Source: Candidatus Aminicenantes bacterium | GTDB lineage: Bacteria > Acidobacteriota > Aminicenantia > Aminicenantales > JAFGBC01 | Assembly (NCBI GenBank): GCA_963702005.1 | Contig: OY969696.1 | Span: 2,368,001 to 2,432,000 of the forward strand | Length of the DNA stretch: 64,000 nt | Reading direction: 5' to 3' | Shown: piece by piece, positions 18,050-27,006 of the stretch | How positions within the stretch are numbered: position 1 is the first letter of the stretch | Layout of the letters: each line of letters starts with the position of its first letter | The notes under the pieces: model-generated | Database searches by the model: none | Told to the model about the DNA's origin: nothing | What the model saw: the letters and a program-made list of their open reading frames with translations, nothing else | Position numbers and translations under genes: made by a program

Positions 18050-19197
18050 GCGGGGCCTCGCCGGGCCGGATCGCCGCCGGTTCTATTTTCGCCGGCGTAT
18101 TCCAGGACGAATCCTGCGTGCATCCATTTGGAGGATTCGCTGACGAGGCTCATGACGAGATCTCCGGGGCGCAGCGCGACCTCGCGCCTGAACTCGTCGA
18201 GGGCGATCAGGATGGCGGGCGGCCCCGGGTAGCCCTGATCGGCGAGCTTGGTGTAGAGGGCGACGTCTCGGAAACGGGCGTCTTTCTTGAGGCTATCGAC
18301 GAGGAGGTCGTTGAGGTGACGGGTCGGGATGTTGGCCAGGAAATAGCGGACCCGGGAGAGATCGACGCCGGTCCGGGCGATCATCGCGTCTTTGGCCTCC
18401 TTGAACAGCTGCGGCGAAATCTTGGCCACCGATTCGAAGTTCTGGTTGAGGTGGTGCCAGCCTTTTTCGTAAACCTCGAGGGGCTGACAGCGATGGCCTC
18501 CCATGACGCAGTACATATCCGGCCCCAGCCCGAGTCCCGACGATTCGACGAAGGTGTCCACGATTCTGAATCGATTCGGACCCTGCGGCCGCGACGTCAG
18601 GACGAGGGCCCCGGCCCCGTCGCTGAGAAACCAGCGGAGCAGGATCTGTTTTTTTTCGAGGACGGCCTGGTTGAAGAACTCGGCCCGGAGGAAGGCCGAG
18701 GAGACCTGGGAAGAGACGACGAGCGCGTTCCGGTAGCGCCCGATCCGCAGAAAGTCGGCCGCGACCTGGATGGCCTTGTAGATGGAGGTGCAGTTGGAAT
18801 GGATCGAAAACTCGGCGCAGCGCGGGATCTTGAGCTCTTCCTGAAGGAGGACGGTCGTGGGTGGGCAGGCGTATTCCATGGCGATGCCCGCGAAAAGGAT
18901 GAGGTCGATGTCCTCGGGCTTGAGCCCGGCTTCGTCCAGGGCCTTCCGGGCGCTCCGGACGGACATGGTTAGGTTGTCGTCGGTCGGCCGGCGGGTTATA
19001 GGGTCGAGAGCGTAATGATAAAAGCGGATGCCGAGGAGCTCCTTGAAGATGGGCCGGACCCGTTCAATCCAGGCGCGAAGCTTGGCCGGGGCCCGGTCGA
19101 GCGGGCCCAGAACACGATCAGCCTCATCGAATGGGACGGGCGCCCCGGGCAAGGCCGACCCGACCCCGCTGATATAGACGTCGTTGAGCTCGGCCAT
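18046..19197 (-). CDS. DarB/StlD-like 3-oxoacyl-ACP synthase III
   Basis: VYISGVGSALPG.PV, HYALDP, active-site SNCTS, LRWFLSDGAGA and VSESSKW resemble DarB-type KS III rather than canonical FabH (no HQAN or GNT). Confidence 0.75.
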   Translation of the reverse strand: MAELNDVYISGVGSALPGAPVPFDEADRVLGPLDRAPAKLRAWIERVRPIFKELLGIRFYHYALDPITRRPTDDNLTMSVRSARKALDEAGLKPEDIDLILFAGIAMEYACPPTTVLLQEELKIPRCAEFSIHSNCTSIYKAIQVAADFLRIGRYRNALVVSSQVSSAFLRAEFFNQAVLEKKQILLRWFLSDGAGALVLTSRPQGPNRFRIVDTFVESSGLGLGPDMYCVMGGHRCQPLEVYEKGWHHLNQNFESVAKISPQLFKEAKDAMIARTGVDLSRVRYFLANIPTRHLNDLLVDSLKKDARFRDVALYTKLADQGYPGPPAILIALDEFRREVALRPGDLVMSLVSESSKWMHAGFVLEYAGENRTGGDPARRGPA

Positions 19198-19246
19198 CTT
19201 TGGACGATTATTATACATTGTTTTTCGACCGCCTCCCAGGGGCGTT

Positions 19247-19275
19247 TGGACAGAAAGCCGCCGCTATGCTATAAA
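19247..19275 (+). promoter_or_regulatory. promoter of a probably leaderless transcript
   Basis: TGGACA-17 nt-TATAAA with extended TG; ATG 19283 lies 7 nt downstream and has no SD. Confidence 0.6.
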
Positions 19276-19282
19276 ATACGTC

Positions 19283-20494
19283 ATGAGAGCGAAGCCGCTC
19301 ATCGCCGTCCGGTCCTGGGGGTCCGTTTCCGCGCTCGGGACCGACCCGGCCCGGATCCTGGAAAGCTACAAAGACAAAAAGAGCCTGGCCGTCCTGCGGA
19401 CGTTCAACGGCCTCGCCCAGCCCGTCGTCCCCCTCGGACCGGACGGGGAGGCTCTTCTCAAGGACGTCGTCGGCCGCGTCCCCAAGACCAGAAGGTTCGA
19501 CCGCTGCGTGCTGATGGCCGTCGCCGCCTCCGAAAGCGCTTTCCGCGCCAGCGGCTGGGAGGCCGACAAGGACCGCCTCCAGATCGGCGTCAACATCGGT
19601 TCGTCGCGGGGCGCGACCGGTTTCTGGGAGAGAAGCTACGAGGAATTCCTCCGTTCGCCCGGAGAGCGGACGCCCATCCTGACCTCGCCGCTGACGACGT
19701 TGGGCCATCTTTCGAGCGCCGTGGCGAACGTCCTCGTCCTCGAAGGCCCCATCATCTCCTCCTCGATGACCTGCAGCACGGCCGCCCAGGCCGTTTTCAA
19801 CGCCATGGCTTGGCTCAAGGCCGGCATGGCCGATCGCTTTCTGGCCGGAGGCAGCGAAGCTCCCTTGACACCCTTCACGCTGGCCCATGTCGGAGCCCTG
19901 GGCATCTTATCGGACAAGGCGAGCGATCCCTACCCCTGCCGGCCCTTGGCCGCCGAACCGGATGACAACACGGTCATCGTGGGGGAAGGCGCCTGCGTTT
20001 TCGCCTTGGAGGCCTTGCCGCCCGGCCGGCTAGCGGCGGCTCGAGTCGCCGGGATTATCGAGTCCATCGGCTACGGATTCGAGAAGATCCCTTCTCCGGT
20101 CGGCCTGACCCCGGAGGGGGAGGCCCTCCGGAAAGCGATGGCCATGGCCCTCCACGGACAGATGACGAACCCTCCGGTCGACCTCGTCATCATGCACGCG
20201 CCAGGGACCCTCCAGGGCGATGAGGCCGAGCTCACCGCCCTCCGCCGCGTTTTCGGGGACTCCCTCCCCGACCTCTATTCCAACAAATGGAAGATCGGCC
20301 ATACCTTCGGGGCGTCGGCGGCCTTCAGCCTTGAGCTGGCCCTACTCGTCCTCCGTCATCAGCTCGTCCTCAGCTTTCCCTATCCAAGCCTAGTCCGGAA
20401 TAGGGGCGGAATCGTCCGAAAAGTCATGGTCAATTCGACCGGTTTCGGGGGGAACGCGGCCTCGTTGATTGTGTCCTCGTCCAGCCTGTTCTGA
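19283..20494 (+). CDS. divergent beta-ketoacyl synthase (FabF-like)
   Basis: GSSRGAT, SMTCST (Cys), MHAPGT (His), KWKIGHTFGAS (His) and NSTGFGGN. Confidence 0.82.
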   Translation: MRAKPLIAVRSWGSVSALGTDPARILESYKDKKSLAVLRTFNGLAQPVVPLGPDGEALLKDVVGRVPKTRRFDRCVLMAVAASESAFRASGWEADKDRLQIGVNIGSSRGATGFWERSYEEFLRSPGERTPILTSPLTTLGHLSSAVANVLVLEGPIISSSMTCSTAAQAVFNAMAWLKAGMADRFLAGGSEAPLTPFTLAHVGALGILSDKASDPYPCRPLAAEPDDNTVIVGEGACVFALEALPPGRLAAARVAGIIESIGYGFEKIPSPVGLTPEGEALRKAMAMALHGQMTNPPVDLVIMHAPGTLQGDEAELTALRRVFGDSLPDLYSNKWKIGHTFGASAAFSLELALLVLRHQLVLSFPYPSLVRNRGGIVRKVMVNSTGFGGNAASLIVSSSSLF

Positions 20495-20523
20495 GGACGA
20501 AGGGAGGCGGGATGCTCGGTCAC

Positions 20524-20552
20524 TTGAATTTTTCCCCGTTTTTTGGTATCTT
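20524..20552 (+). promoter_or_regulatory. sigma70 promoter of rpoZ
   Basis: TTGAAT-17 nt-TATCTT with extended TG. Confidence 0.55.
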
Positions 20553-20594
20553 ATCGCATCGTCCCGGCAAACCCGACCAAGGAGACAGATCCCT

Positions 20595-20999
20595 TTGAGA
20601 AATTACGGCGACGTCGATAGCAAATTCCGTTTCGTCATCCTGGCCGCTAAGAGGGCCAAGCAACTCCTCAAGGGCGCCAAGCCCAAGGTCAAAACGCGAT
20701 CCCGCAATCCGATCCGGATCGCTCAGATGGAGCTCCAGGACGGCCTCATCGAATACAACATCGTCACGGACGTCAAGGAGGATGTTCCCGAGGTCGAGGA
20801 GCAGGTTTTTCTCGGAGATGACCTGGGAGGGGACATCGATACCGGCGACGTCGCGGCCGGACATGACGAGGACGAGGAGAAAGAGGCCGAACCGGAGCAC
20901 GGGGAAAAGGGCGAGGGAGAGGGCGAGGAAGAGGAGGGCGACGAGGAAGAGACCGGCGGCGAGGGCGGCGGGGGTGGCGGGGGGGGCGAGGAAGCTTAG
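20595..20999 (+). CDS. rpoZ: RNA polymerase omega subunit with acidic C-terminal tail
   Basis: SKFRFVILAAKRAKQL...NPIRIAQMEL; TTG start after AAGGAG. Confidence 0.85.
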   Translation: MRNYGDVDSKFRFVILAAKRAKQLLKGAKPKVKTRSRNPIRIAQMELQDGLIEYNIVTDVKEDVPEVEEQVFLGDDLGGDIDTGDVAAGHDEDEEKEAEPEHGEKGEGEGEEEEGDEEETGGEGGGGGGGGEEA

Positions 21000-21514
21000 C
21001 CCCGTTCGGCGGCCCCTTCGGCCAGCAGTTCGATATAATCCGACTTGATAAAGGCTCCGGAGCCGTATCCCAAGGCCCGGGCCCACTTGACGATATCGCT
21101 CCGTTTCCCTTCCATCTCCATGAAATGCCCGATGGTAAGCTCGTCCAGGCAGATGGTGGCGTGGCCGAGCTTGTAGACGGTCCTGAACTTGTGATAGCGG
21201 ACGGCCGGCCGGAGGCCGAGGGATTTGAGGATCTTCAGGAGGGCGCCGGAGGACCGGACCTCGGTCTCGTGCTCCTCCCGGACCTTGAACCTCCGCGAGC
21301 GCTGGGGCTGACCTTTGAAGGTCAGGAAGCACTTCTTTCCGACGATCCTGACACGGAGCGCCTCATGCCGCCGGCGGAGCTCGCCGGACGGGAAATCATA
21401 GAGGGCGTTGTCTTCGCTGACGCGGGCTTTGACGAGAGTCGCGCCCAAGGCGCGGAGCTTTTCGGCCAGGGCGTCGACGCCGGGGATGCGGATTTTGACC
21501 TCGATTTCGGTCAC
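20996..21514 (-). CDS. CYTH-domain (class IV adenylate cyclase-like) protein
   Basis: EIEVK (ExExK), LRVR, LTFKG, REEHE, K.RTVY, LDE and FMEMEG motifs. Confidence 0.85.
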   Translation of the reverse strand: MTEIEVKIRIPGVDALAEKLRALGATLVKARVSEDNALYDFPSGELRRRHEALRVRIVGKKCFLTFKGQPQRSRRFKVREEHETEVRSSGALLKILKSLGLRPAVRYHKFRTVYKLGHATICLDELTIGHFMEMEGKRSDIVKWARALGYGSGAFIKSDYIELLAEGAAERG

Positions 21515-21530
21515 GGCCGTTCCCTTCGCC

Positions 21531-22562
21531 TCAATAGGTCCTGTCGAGGATGAACGCGGCCAGGCCCTGCAGACTTTCCTTGAAGACTGAGTCCGGGAAC
21601 CGATCCAAACAGGGGAGAGATTCCTTCATTCGCTGGGACGCCTTGCGGCGCGTTTCGTCCAGGGCGCCGTCGGATGTGACGAAGGCCAGGATTTCGTCTC
21701 GCGCCGACGCGGAGAACGTCCCGCTTCGAATGAGGGCGGCCATCCGTTCCCGCCGGGCCGGCTCGGCGCGGCGCAAGGCCGTGATCAGTGGGAGCGTGAT
21801 GCGGCCTTCGGCGAGGTCGCGGAGAATGGGCTTGCCAAGATCCTTGGCGTCGCCGACGAAATCGAGATAGTCGTCGACCATCTGGAAAGTGATTCCGAAT
21901 CCGGCGCCGAATTGGGCCAGGTCCTCGATCCGCTCCTGGGGTTGTCCTCCCAGGATTCCGCCGATCGCGCAGCCGGCCCTGAACAGGGCGGCTGTTTTCT
22001 TGGTGATGATCTCCAGGTAGTCCTCCTCGGAGGTGTCCGGGTCGTGGCTGAGCGCGCACTCCAGGAGGACTCCCTCGATCATCTCGGCCGAAGCCCGAGC
22101 CAGGCTCCTGACGATCCGTTCATCCTTGAAGTCAAGGGAGAGCTGGAGCGCCTTGATGTAGAGGTAATCGCCCAGCAGGACCGAAATCTGCGGTCCCCAG
22201 CGGAGATGCGATGTCGCTTGTCCTCTGCGGAGCGCGGCGTTGTCGATAATGTCGTCATGGATCAGGCTGGCCGTATGGATGGTCTCGACCAGGGCCGACA
22301 GGACGAAGTGGGTTTCGCCCTGGTAGCCGGCCATCCTGGAGCTGAGGATGAGAAGAGCCGGCCGGAGCCTCTTCCCCGAGTTGCGGAGGAGGTAGGAGGT
22401 CGCCTCCTGGATGAAGGGATGGGACGATTCGGACAGCAGCCCGATCTCGTCCTCGAGCCGTTCGAGATCCTCCCGGATGGGGGCGTAGATGGACTGGATA
22501 TCGGGGCCGGAAGAATCGGTGGCCGCGCAGGACGCGGGAGCGGGGATCGTGATATCGGGCAT
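21531..22562 (-). CDS. polyprenyl diphosphate synthase
   Basis: GKRLRP, HTASLIHDDIID...RRG, KTA.LF, FQMVDDYLD and GKP..DL.EG.ITLP motifs. Start is 22562 or 22601. Confidence 0.92.
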   Translation of the reverse strand: MPDITIPAPASCAATDSSGPDIQSIYAPIREDLERLEDEIGLLSESSHPFIQEATSYLLRNSGKRLRPALLILSSRMAGYQGETHFVLSALVETIHTASLIHDDIIDNAALRRGQATSHLRWGPQISVLLGDYLYIKALQLSLDFKDERIVRSLARASAEMIEGVLLECALSHDPDTSEEDYLEIITKKTAALFRAGCAIGGILGGQPQERIEDLAQFGAGFGITFQMVDDYLDFVGDAKDLGKPILRDLAEGRITLPLITALRRAEPARRERMAALIRSGTFSASARDEILAFVTSDGALDETRRKASQRMKESLPCLDRFPDSVFKESLQGLAAFILDRTY

Positions 22563-22597
22563 GGCGCGCCCTATATTAGCACCCGGGTCGGCATTTT

Positions 22598-23392
22598 TCA
22601 AACGGAAAAAAGGGCACTGAAGTTCTCGGTCGTGACGGCCGCGAGTTCCTCGTACGACTTGTTCGCGATTCCGGCCAGAACCCGGGCCGTCTCGACGACC
22701 CAGGCCGGTTCGTTCCGCCGGGCCTTTCCCCGGAAGGGGACGGGCGCGAGGTAGGGCGCATCGGTTTCAACGAGAAGCCGTCCGGCCGGAATCTTGCGGG
22801 CCGTATCTCTGAGGTCCGCCGCGCCGGGAAAGGTCAGAATCCCCGAAAACGAAATATAAAAGCCGGCATCCAGGGCTCGGCCGGCGATGTCCCAAGTTTC
22901 GCTGAAGCAGTGGAGAATCCCGCCCCGGTCGCAGCCGGCTTCGCGGACCGCCTCGAGGATCTTGGCGCCCGCCTCCCGGCTGTGGACGATGACGGGAAGA
23001 CCCAGGTCGCGGGCGATCTCGAGTTGAGCCCGGAAGGCCCGCCGCTGGTCTTCAGCGGGGGAGAAGTCATAATGAAAATCGAGGCCGATTTCTCCGACGG
23101 CGATGATTTTGCCTTGGGCGGCCAGGGAGCGGAGCCGGACCTCGCAGGCCGAGTCGAACAGCCGGGCTTGATGGGGATGGACGCCGGCGGCGGCGAAGAT
23201 CCGCGGATATTTTTGACACAGGCCGAGGACGGTCTCGACGCTTTGAGCGCCGCTGAGGTCGGCGGGACACAGGATGGCTTCCAGACCCGCTCCGAAGGCC
23301 CTAGCGACGACCTCCTCCCGGTCGGGATCGAACGCCTCCATGTCGAGGTGGGCGTGGGAGTCGACAAGTCCAGGGCGCTCAGGACCATTCAT
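22598..23392 (-). CDS. tatD: TatD-family deoxyribonuclease
   Basis: DSHAHL, GVHP, GEIGLD, VHSREA, HCFS, ETDAPYL and RNEP motifs. Confidence 0.92.
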   Translation of the reverse strand: MNGPERPGLVDSHAHLDMEAFDPDREEVVARAFGAGLEAILCPADLSGAQSVETVLGLCQKYPRIFAAAGVHPHQARLFDSACEVRLRSLAAQGKIIAVGEIGLDFHYDFSPAEDQRRAFRAQLEIARDLGLPVIVHSREAGAKILEAVREAGCDRGGILHCFSETWDIAGRALDAGFYISFSGILTFPGAADLRDTARKIPAGRLLVETDAPYLAPVPFRGKARRNEPAWVVETARVLAGIANKSYEELAAVTTENFSALFSV

Positions 23393-23414
23393 AAGCGGCT
23401 AATCCTCCCCAAAT

Positions 23415-23451
23415 AAAACGGGGCCGACGTCCCGGACGGCAGCCCCGAAAA
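23415..23451 (-). terminator. probable rho-independent terminator downstream of the DUF885-like gene
   Basis: On the minus strand CGGGGCTGCCGTCCGGGACGTCGGCCCCG forms an imperfect hairpin followed by TTTT. Confidence 0.55.
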
Positions 23452-23467
23452 AGACTCGAGAGGGGCC

Positions 23468-25231
23468 TCACTGGGCCATTTTGACTTTGAGGGCACGCAG
23501 CGGGATAGCGCCGAAGCTGAGGAGCTTCTGGAGGAATTCCTTCTGGCTGTAGGCGTCGCCCTTGAGCGCCTTATAATCTTTTTCCATATCCAGGATTTCC
23601 TGGTAGCCGATGTAGGTGATGGCCGCCTCGCCCGGATTCAGGACGATCTCGTCAAACCTCTGTTCGGCCTCGGCCTGGGTCGTGAACCCGAATTGAGTCA
23701 TATATTTTACGACCTGGTCTTTATTATAGGTTCCCTGGTGGATGTTGATGTCCATCTGGAAGTCGATGGCGTTCTTGAGGAGGAGCTTGAGCTGGTTGAG
23801 CCGCATCCGAAGGTCATAGTTTCCGTAGCCCGAGAACATGAGCGTCTCGCCCAGGCAGACCGGCCAGGCCTTGAGCAGCGCCTGGTTGGCGGCCATACGC
23901 CTGACGAGAGAGGGATTCTGCCGGGAGACGACGGTCGGGACGAATCGACCGGGGTAGACTTTCTGCACGATCTGGAAATCCAGGAAGAAATGATTCTGTT
24001 CTTCGAGATACTGCCTGGCTTGCTCATCCGTCCAGCTGTCCGGGATCGGTCGAATCCAGAGGGTGAAGGGACCGGCCTGATCGAACGGGCCGGGACCGAT
24101 CAAGAGGCTCCAAGCGGTCCCGCGCGCGTAGGGCGGCATGGGCTCGATTTTCAATTCATCGGCCGGGAGGTCGACGATCTGCTTCTGCGCGAGGAATTCC
24201 TTGATGTTGGCGGTCGCCTTGACGATCTGCCCGACATAATCTTCGCGGGAGGGATGTTCGACCTTGAGCTTGTCCAGGACGCCCTGGATGACCGTGTTCA
24301 GCCCCGCCTCCTCGCCCCGCTGGGCGACGATCTGGTCGGCGTTCACGGTCGGATACATGATCTTGAAGAACGGCAGGCAGGCCAGCCCCATCGACCGGCG
24401 GATGTTGGTGACATCCGCCTTGGAGCGAGCCACCACCTCTTCGTTGATGGCCAGCGTCCCCTGCGTTTTATCGCGCAGGATCCTGGGGTGGGCTTCGCCG
24501 ACCCGGAAATTCTCGGTGGACTTGGGCAGAAGCTCGTTCTGGAGGAAGCTCCTGTAATCTTCCAGGGCCGCGATGACCTTTGCGGTCTCGGCGACGAGGG
24601 CCGCCTGGTTCGCCGACGAACCGGCCAGTCCGGGGACATCGTTCCTGTAGAAATCGATGATGGCCGGAATCTGGGCGAGAGCGGTCTCCACGTAAAAACG
24701 GGGAGGAGTCTTGAGATTGTCCTTGGCTCTCTTGACCAAGCCGGGCAGGAGCTTGGCCCGTTCCGTCGCGCTCTTGACCCGGGCGTCCAACGGGCCGGCG
24801 TTTTTCATCAGAAGACTCCAGACGCTGTTGAGAAACAGCCCGTTATAGCAGAGGGGGTTGTACTCCCAAGGAAGGAGCATTTCGAAATCGATGAAAACGG
24901 TGTCCAGGAAATTGACCATCATATCGTGATCGATCTGGAGATCGGGCGAAAGCTTGGTCCTGTCGATTTTAGCGATGAGCTCGCTGTTGGAGGCGTCCAG
25001 GCTGTCGTGGAACTTTTCGACCGCCCCGTTGCTCAGATCCTCGAGCTTGTCGTTGTACTTCACAAATCCGGCGAGAGTCCCGGCCGTGGGGAAGAACCTG
25101 AAGTAACCGTCCCAAAAGTTGTCCAGAAACTTCTGGAATTTAGCGTCCTCCCCGTTCTGCTGAGCCAGGATCCCTCCGGCCCAGCCGAGGCAGACGGCGA
25201 GCGCGACGACGGCGATGATGGCTTTCTTCAT
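23468..25231 (-). CDS. secreted DUF885-family protein
   Basis: Signal peptide; FFPT.GT.AG, YPG, D..IH, PG.A.TY.GY.EI and F...LL.FG.IP pattern of DUF885. Confidence 0.72.
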   Translation of the reverse strand: MKKAIIAVVALAVCLGWAGGILAQQNGEDAKFQKFLDNFWDGYFRFFPTAGTLAGFVKYNDKLEDLSNGAVEKFHDSLDASNSELIAKIDRTKLSPDLQIDHDMMVNFLDTVFIDFEMLLPWEYNPLCYNGLFLNSVWSLLMKNAGPLDARVKSATERAKLLPGLVKRAKDNLKTPPRFYVETALAQIPAIIDFYRNDVPGLAGSSANQAALVAETAKVIAALEDYRSFLQNELLPKSTENFRVGEAHPRILRDKTQGTLAINEEVVARSKADVTNIRRSMGLACLPFFKIMYPTVNADQIVAQRGEEAGLNTVIQGVLDKLKVEHPSREDYVGQIVKATANIKEFLAQKQIVDLPADELKIEPMPPYARGTAWSLLIGPGPFDQAGPFTLWIRPIPDSWTDEQARQYLEEQNHFFLDFQIVQKVYPGRFVPTVVSRQNPSLVRRMAANQALLKAWPVCLGETLMFSGYGNYDLRMRLNQLKLLLKNAIDFQMDINIHQGTYNKDQVVKYMTQFGFTTQAEAEQRFDEIVLNPGEAAITYIGYQEILDMEKDYKALKGDAYSQKEFLQKLLSFGAIPLRALKVKMAQ

Positions 25232-25308
25232 GAAGTCCTCCTTGCGTCAATCACGTTCAAATCCTAACATATGCCGAGCCCGGCGGCAAGCCGCGGGCGT
25301 CGAGGACC

Positions 25309-26310
25309 CTACCATCGGATGACGGCCGAGGCCCAGGTAAACCCGGAGCCGAAGGCGGTCAGGACGACCAGGTCCCCGGCCTTGATGCGGCCGTCCTTGA
25401 CGGCTTCGTCGAGCGCGATCGGGATCGAAGCGGCCGTCGTGTTGCCGAGCCGGTCGATGTTGCGGATGACCTTCTCGGGGGCGATCTTGAGCTGCCGGGC
25501 GACCATCTGGCTGATCCGGTCGTTGGCTTGGTGGGGGATGAGGTGGTCGACTTGGTCGATGGTCAGGCCGTTGTGGCGGAGTCCGGCCAGGACGGCCTCG
25601 GGCATCTTCTCCACGGCGTTCTTGAACACGTTCTTCCCGTCCATCTGGGGGAAGAATTTGCCGGTCTGGAGGAGTTCCGGCGAAAAGGTCGGCTTATCCT
25701 TGGAGCTGGGCTTTTCCATGCAGAGATCCGCGACATGCCGGCCGTCGGCGAAAAGATGAGTCGAAAGGACGCCCCGCCCCTTGGCGGCCTCGGCCGGCTC
25801 CAGGATGACGGCGCCCGCGCCGTCTCCGAACAGGACGGCCATGTCGCGGCCCGAATCCGAGTAATTGAGGTTGTGGGATTGGACCTCGGCGGCGACCAGG
25901 AGGATCTTTTTGAAGGTGCCCGTCCTGATGTATTGGTCGGCGGCCGACAGGCCGTAGATGAACCCGCTGCATTGGGCGCGAACGTCGAGCGCCCCGATTT
26001 CCGCCAGCCCCAGCTTGGCCTGAATCATGACCCCGATGCCGGGGAAATAGTGGTCGGGCGAGATGGTCGCGGCGATGATGAAGTCGATCTCGGACTTGTC
26101 GATCCCGGCGTCGGCGATAGCCCGCAGCGAGGCCTCGACACCCAGGTCCGAGCTTCCGATCCCGGTCTCGGCATGACGACGGGTGAGGATGCCCGATCGC
26201 TGACGGATCCACTCGTCGGACGTGTCCATGAGCTTGGCCAGGTCTTCGTTGGTGACGACATCCGGGGGGACGTAGTGGCCGGTGCCGGTGATGACCGTCC
26301 GTGTGTTCAT
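25309..26310 (-). CDS. fabH: beta-ketoacyl-ACP synthase III
   Basis: DTSDEWI..RSGI..R, AQCSGF, LFGDGAGA, PHQAN, GNTTAASIP and FGSGFTW. Confidence 0.93.
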   Translation of the reverse strand: MNTRTVITGTGHYVPPDVVTNEDLAKLMDTSDEWIRQRSGILTRRHAETGIGSSDLGVEASLRAIADAGIDKSEIDFIIAATISPDHYFPGIGVMIQAKLGLAEIGALDVRAQCSGFIYGLSAADQYIRTGTFKKILLVAAEVQSHNLNYSDSGRDMAVLFGDGAGAVILEPAEAAKGRGVLSTHLFADGRHVADLCMEKPSSKDKPTFSPELLQTGKFFPQMDGKNVFKNAVEKMPEAVLAGLRHNGLTIDQVDHLIPHQANDRISQMVARQLKIAPEKVIRNIDRLGNTTAASIPIALDEAVKDGRIKAGDLVVLTAFGSGFTWASAVIRW

Positions 26311-26483
26311 TTCAGGTCCGGGCAATTATAATCAAAAGAGAAGAAAAAATAAAGGCGGATTTTTTTAATAAATTGGATATTACGTATTTTTGGATATCGG
26401 AGTCTCTCCCCGCCCGCCGGGAGGATGACGTGTTGACCGCGCGGAAGGGAGCGGATATCATGTTCTTGAGGACCGGATCGGGA

Positions 26484-26984
26484 ATGAAACGCGCACGGAT
26501 TTCTCTTGGCATCGCCTTAGGGTTTGTCTTGGCCGTCGCGTTCGGTCAGGCCGGGACGGCTCAGGATACGGAAATGCTCAAGGCGGACTGCACGGTCGTG
26601 CCGCCCCGCCTGTCCCGAGGCCAGTCCGGGAAAGTCGTCATCCGCTTCACGGTCCGGGAGGGCGTCGAGATCAGCCCGCACCCCGATTTCATCATCGAGT
26701 TCAACCCCGGGCCGGAGTTGATTTTTTCCAAGAATTTCTTCACGGCCCGGGATTTGGAGATCGAGGTCGATGAAAAAGCGGAGGGGGAAGCCTTGAAGCT
26801 GGGCCGATCGGTCGAGATCCCCTTCACGGTCAGCAGCGAGGCGAGGCGCGGCACTCATCGCTTCGAGGGGCGGGTCAAATATTTCGCCCGCTCCCGCCGG
26901 GAGAACTGGTGCGTCAAAGAGACCGTCCGGTTTGCCGCCGGCTATTATACGCGCTCGTCTATCGTGCGCAAGCCGGGCTCTTGA
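26484..26984 (+). CDS. secreted DsbD N-terminal-domain-like (Ig-fold) protein
   Basis: Signal peptide; beta-rich, ending in EGRVKYFARSRRENWCVK. Start uncertain. Confidence 0.5.
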   Translation: MKRARISLGIALGFVLAVAFGQAGTAQDTEMLKADCTVVPPRLSRGQSGKVVIRFTVREGVEISPHPDFIIEFNPGPELIFSKNFFTARDLEIEVDEKAEGEALKLGRSVEIPFTVSSEARRGTHRFEGRVKYFARSRRENWCVKETVRFAAGYYTRSSIVRKPGS

Positions 26985-27006
26985 GCGGGCCGGGCGGCTC
27001 CCGGCC

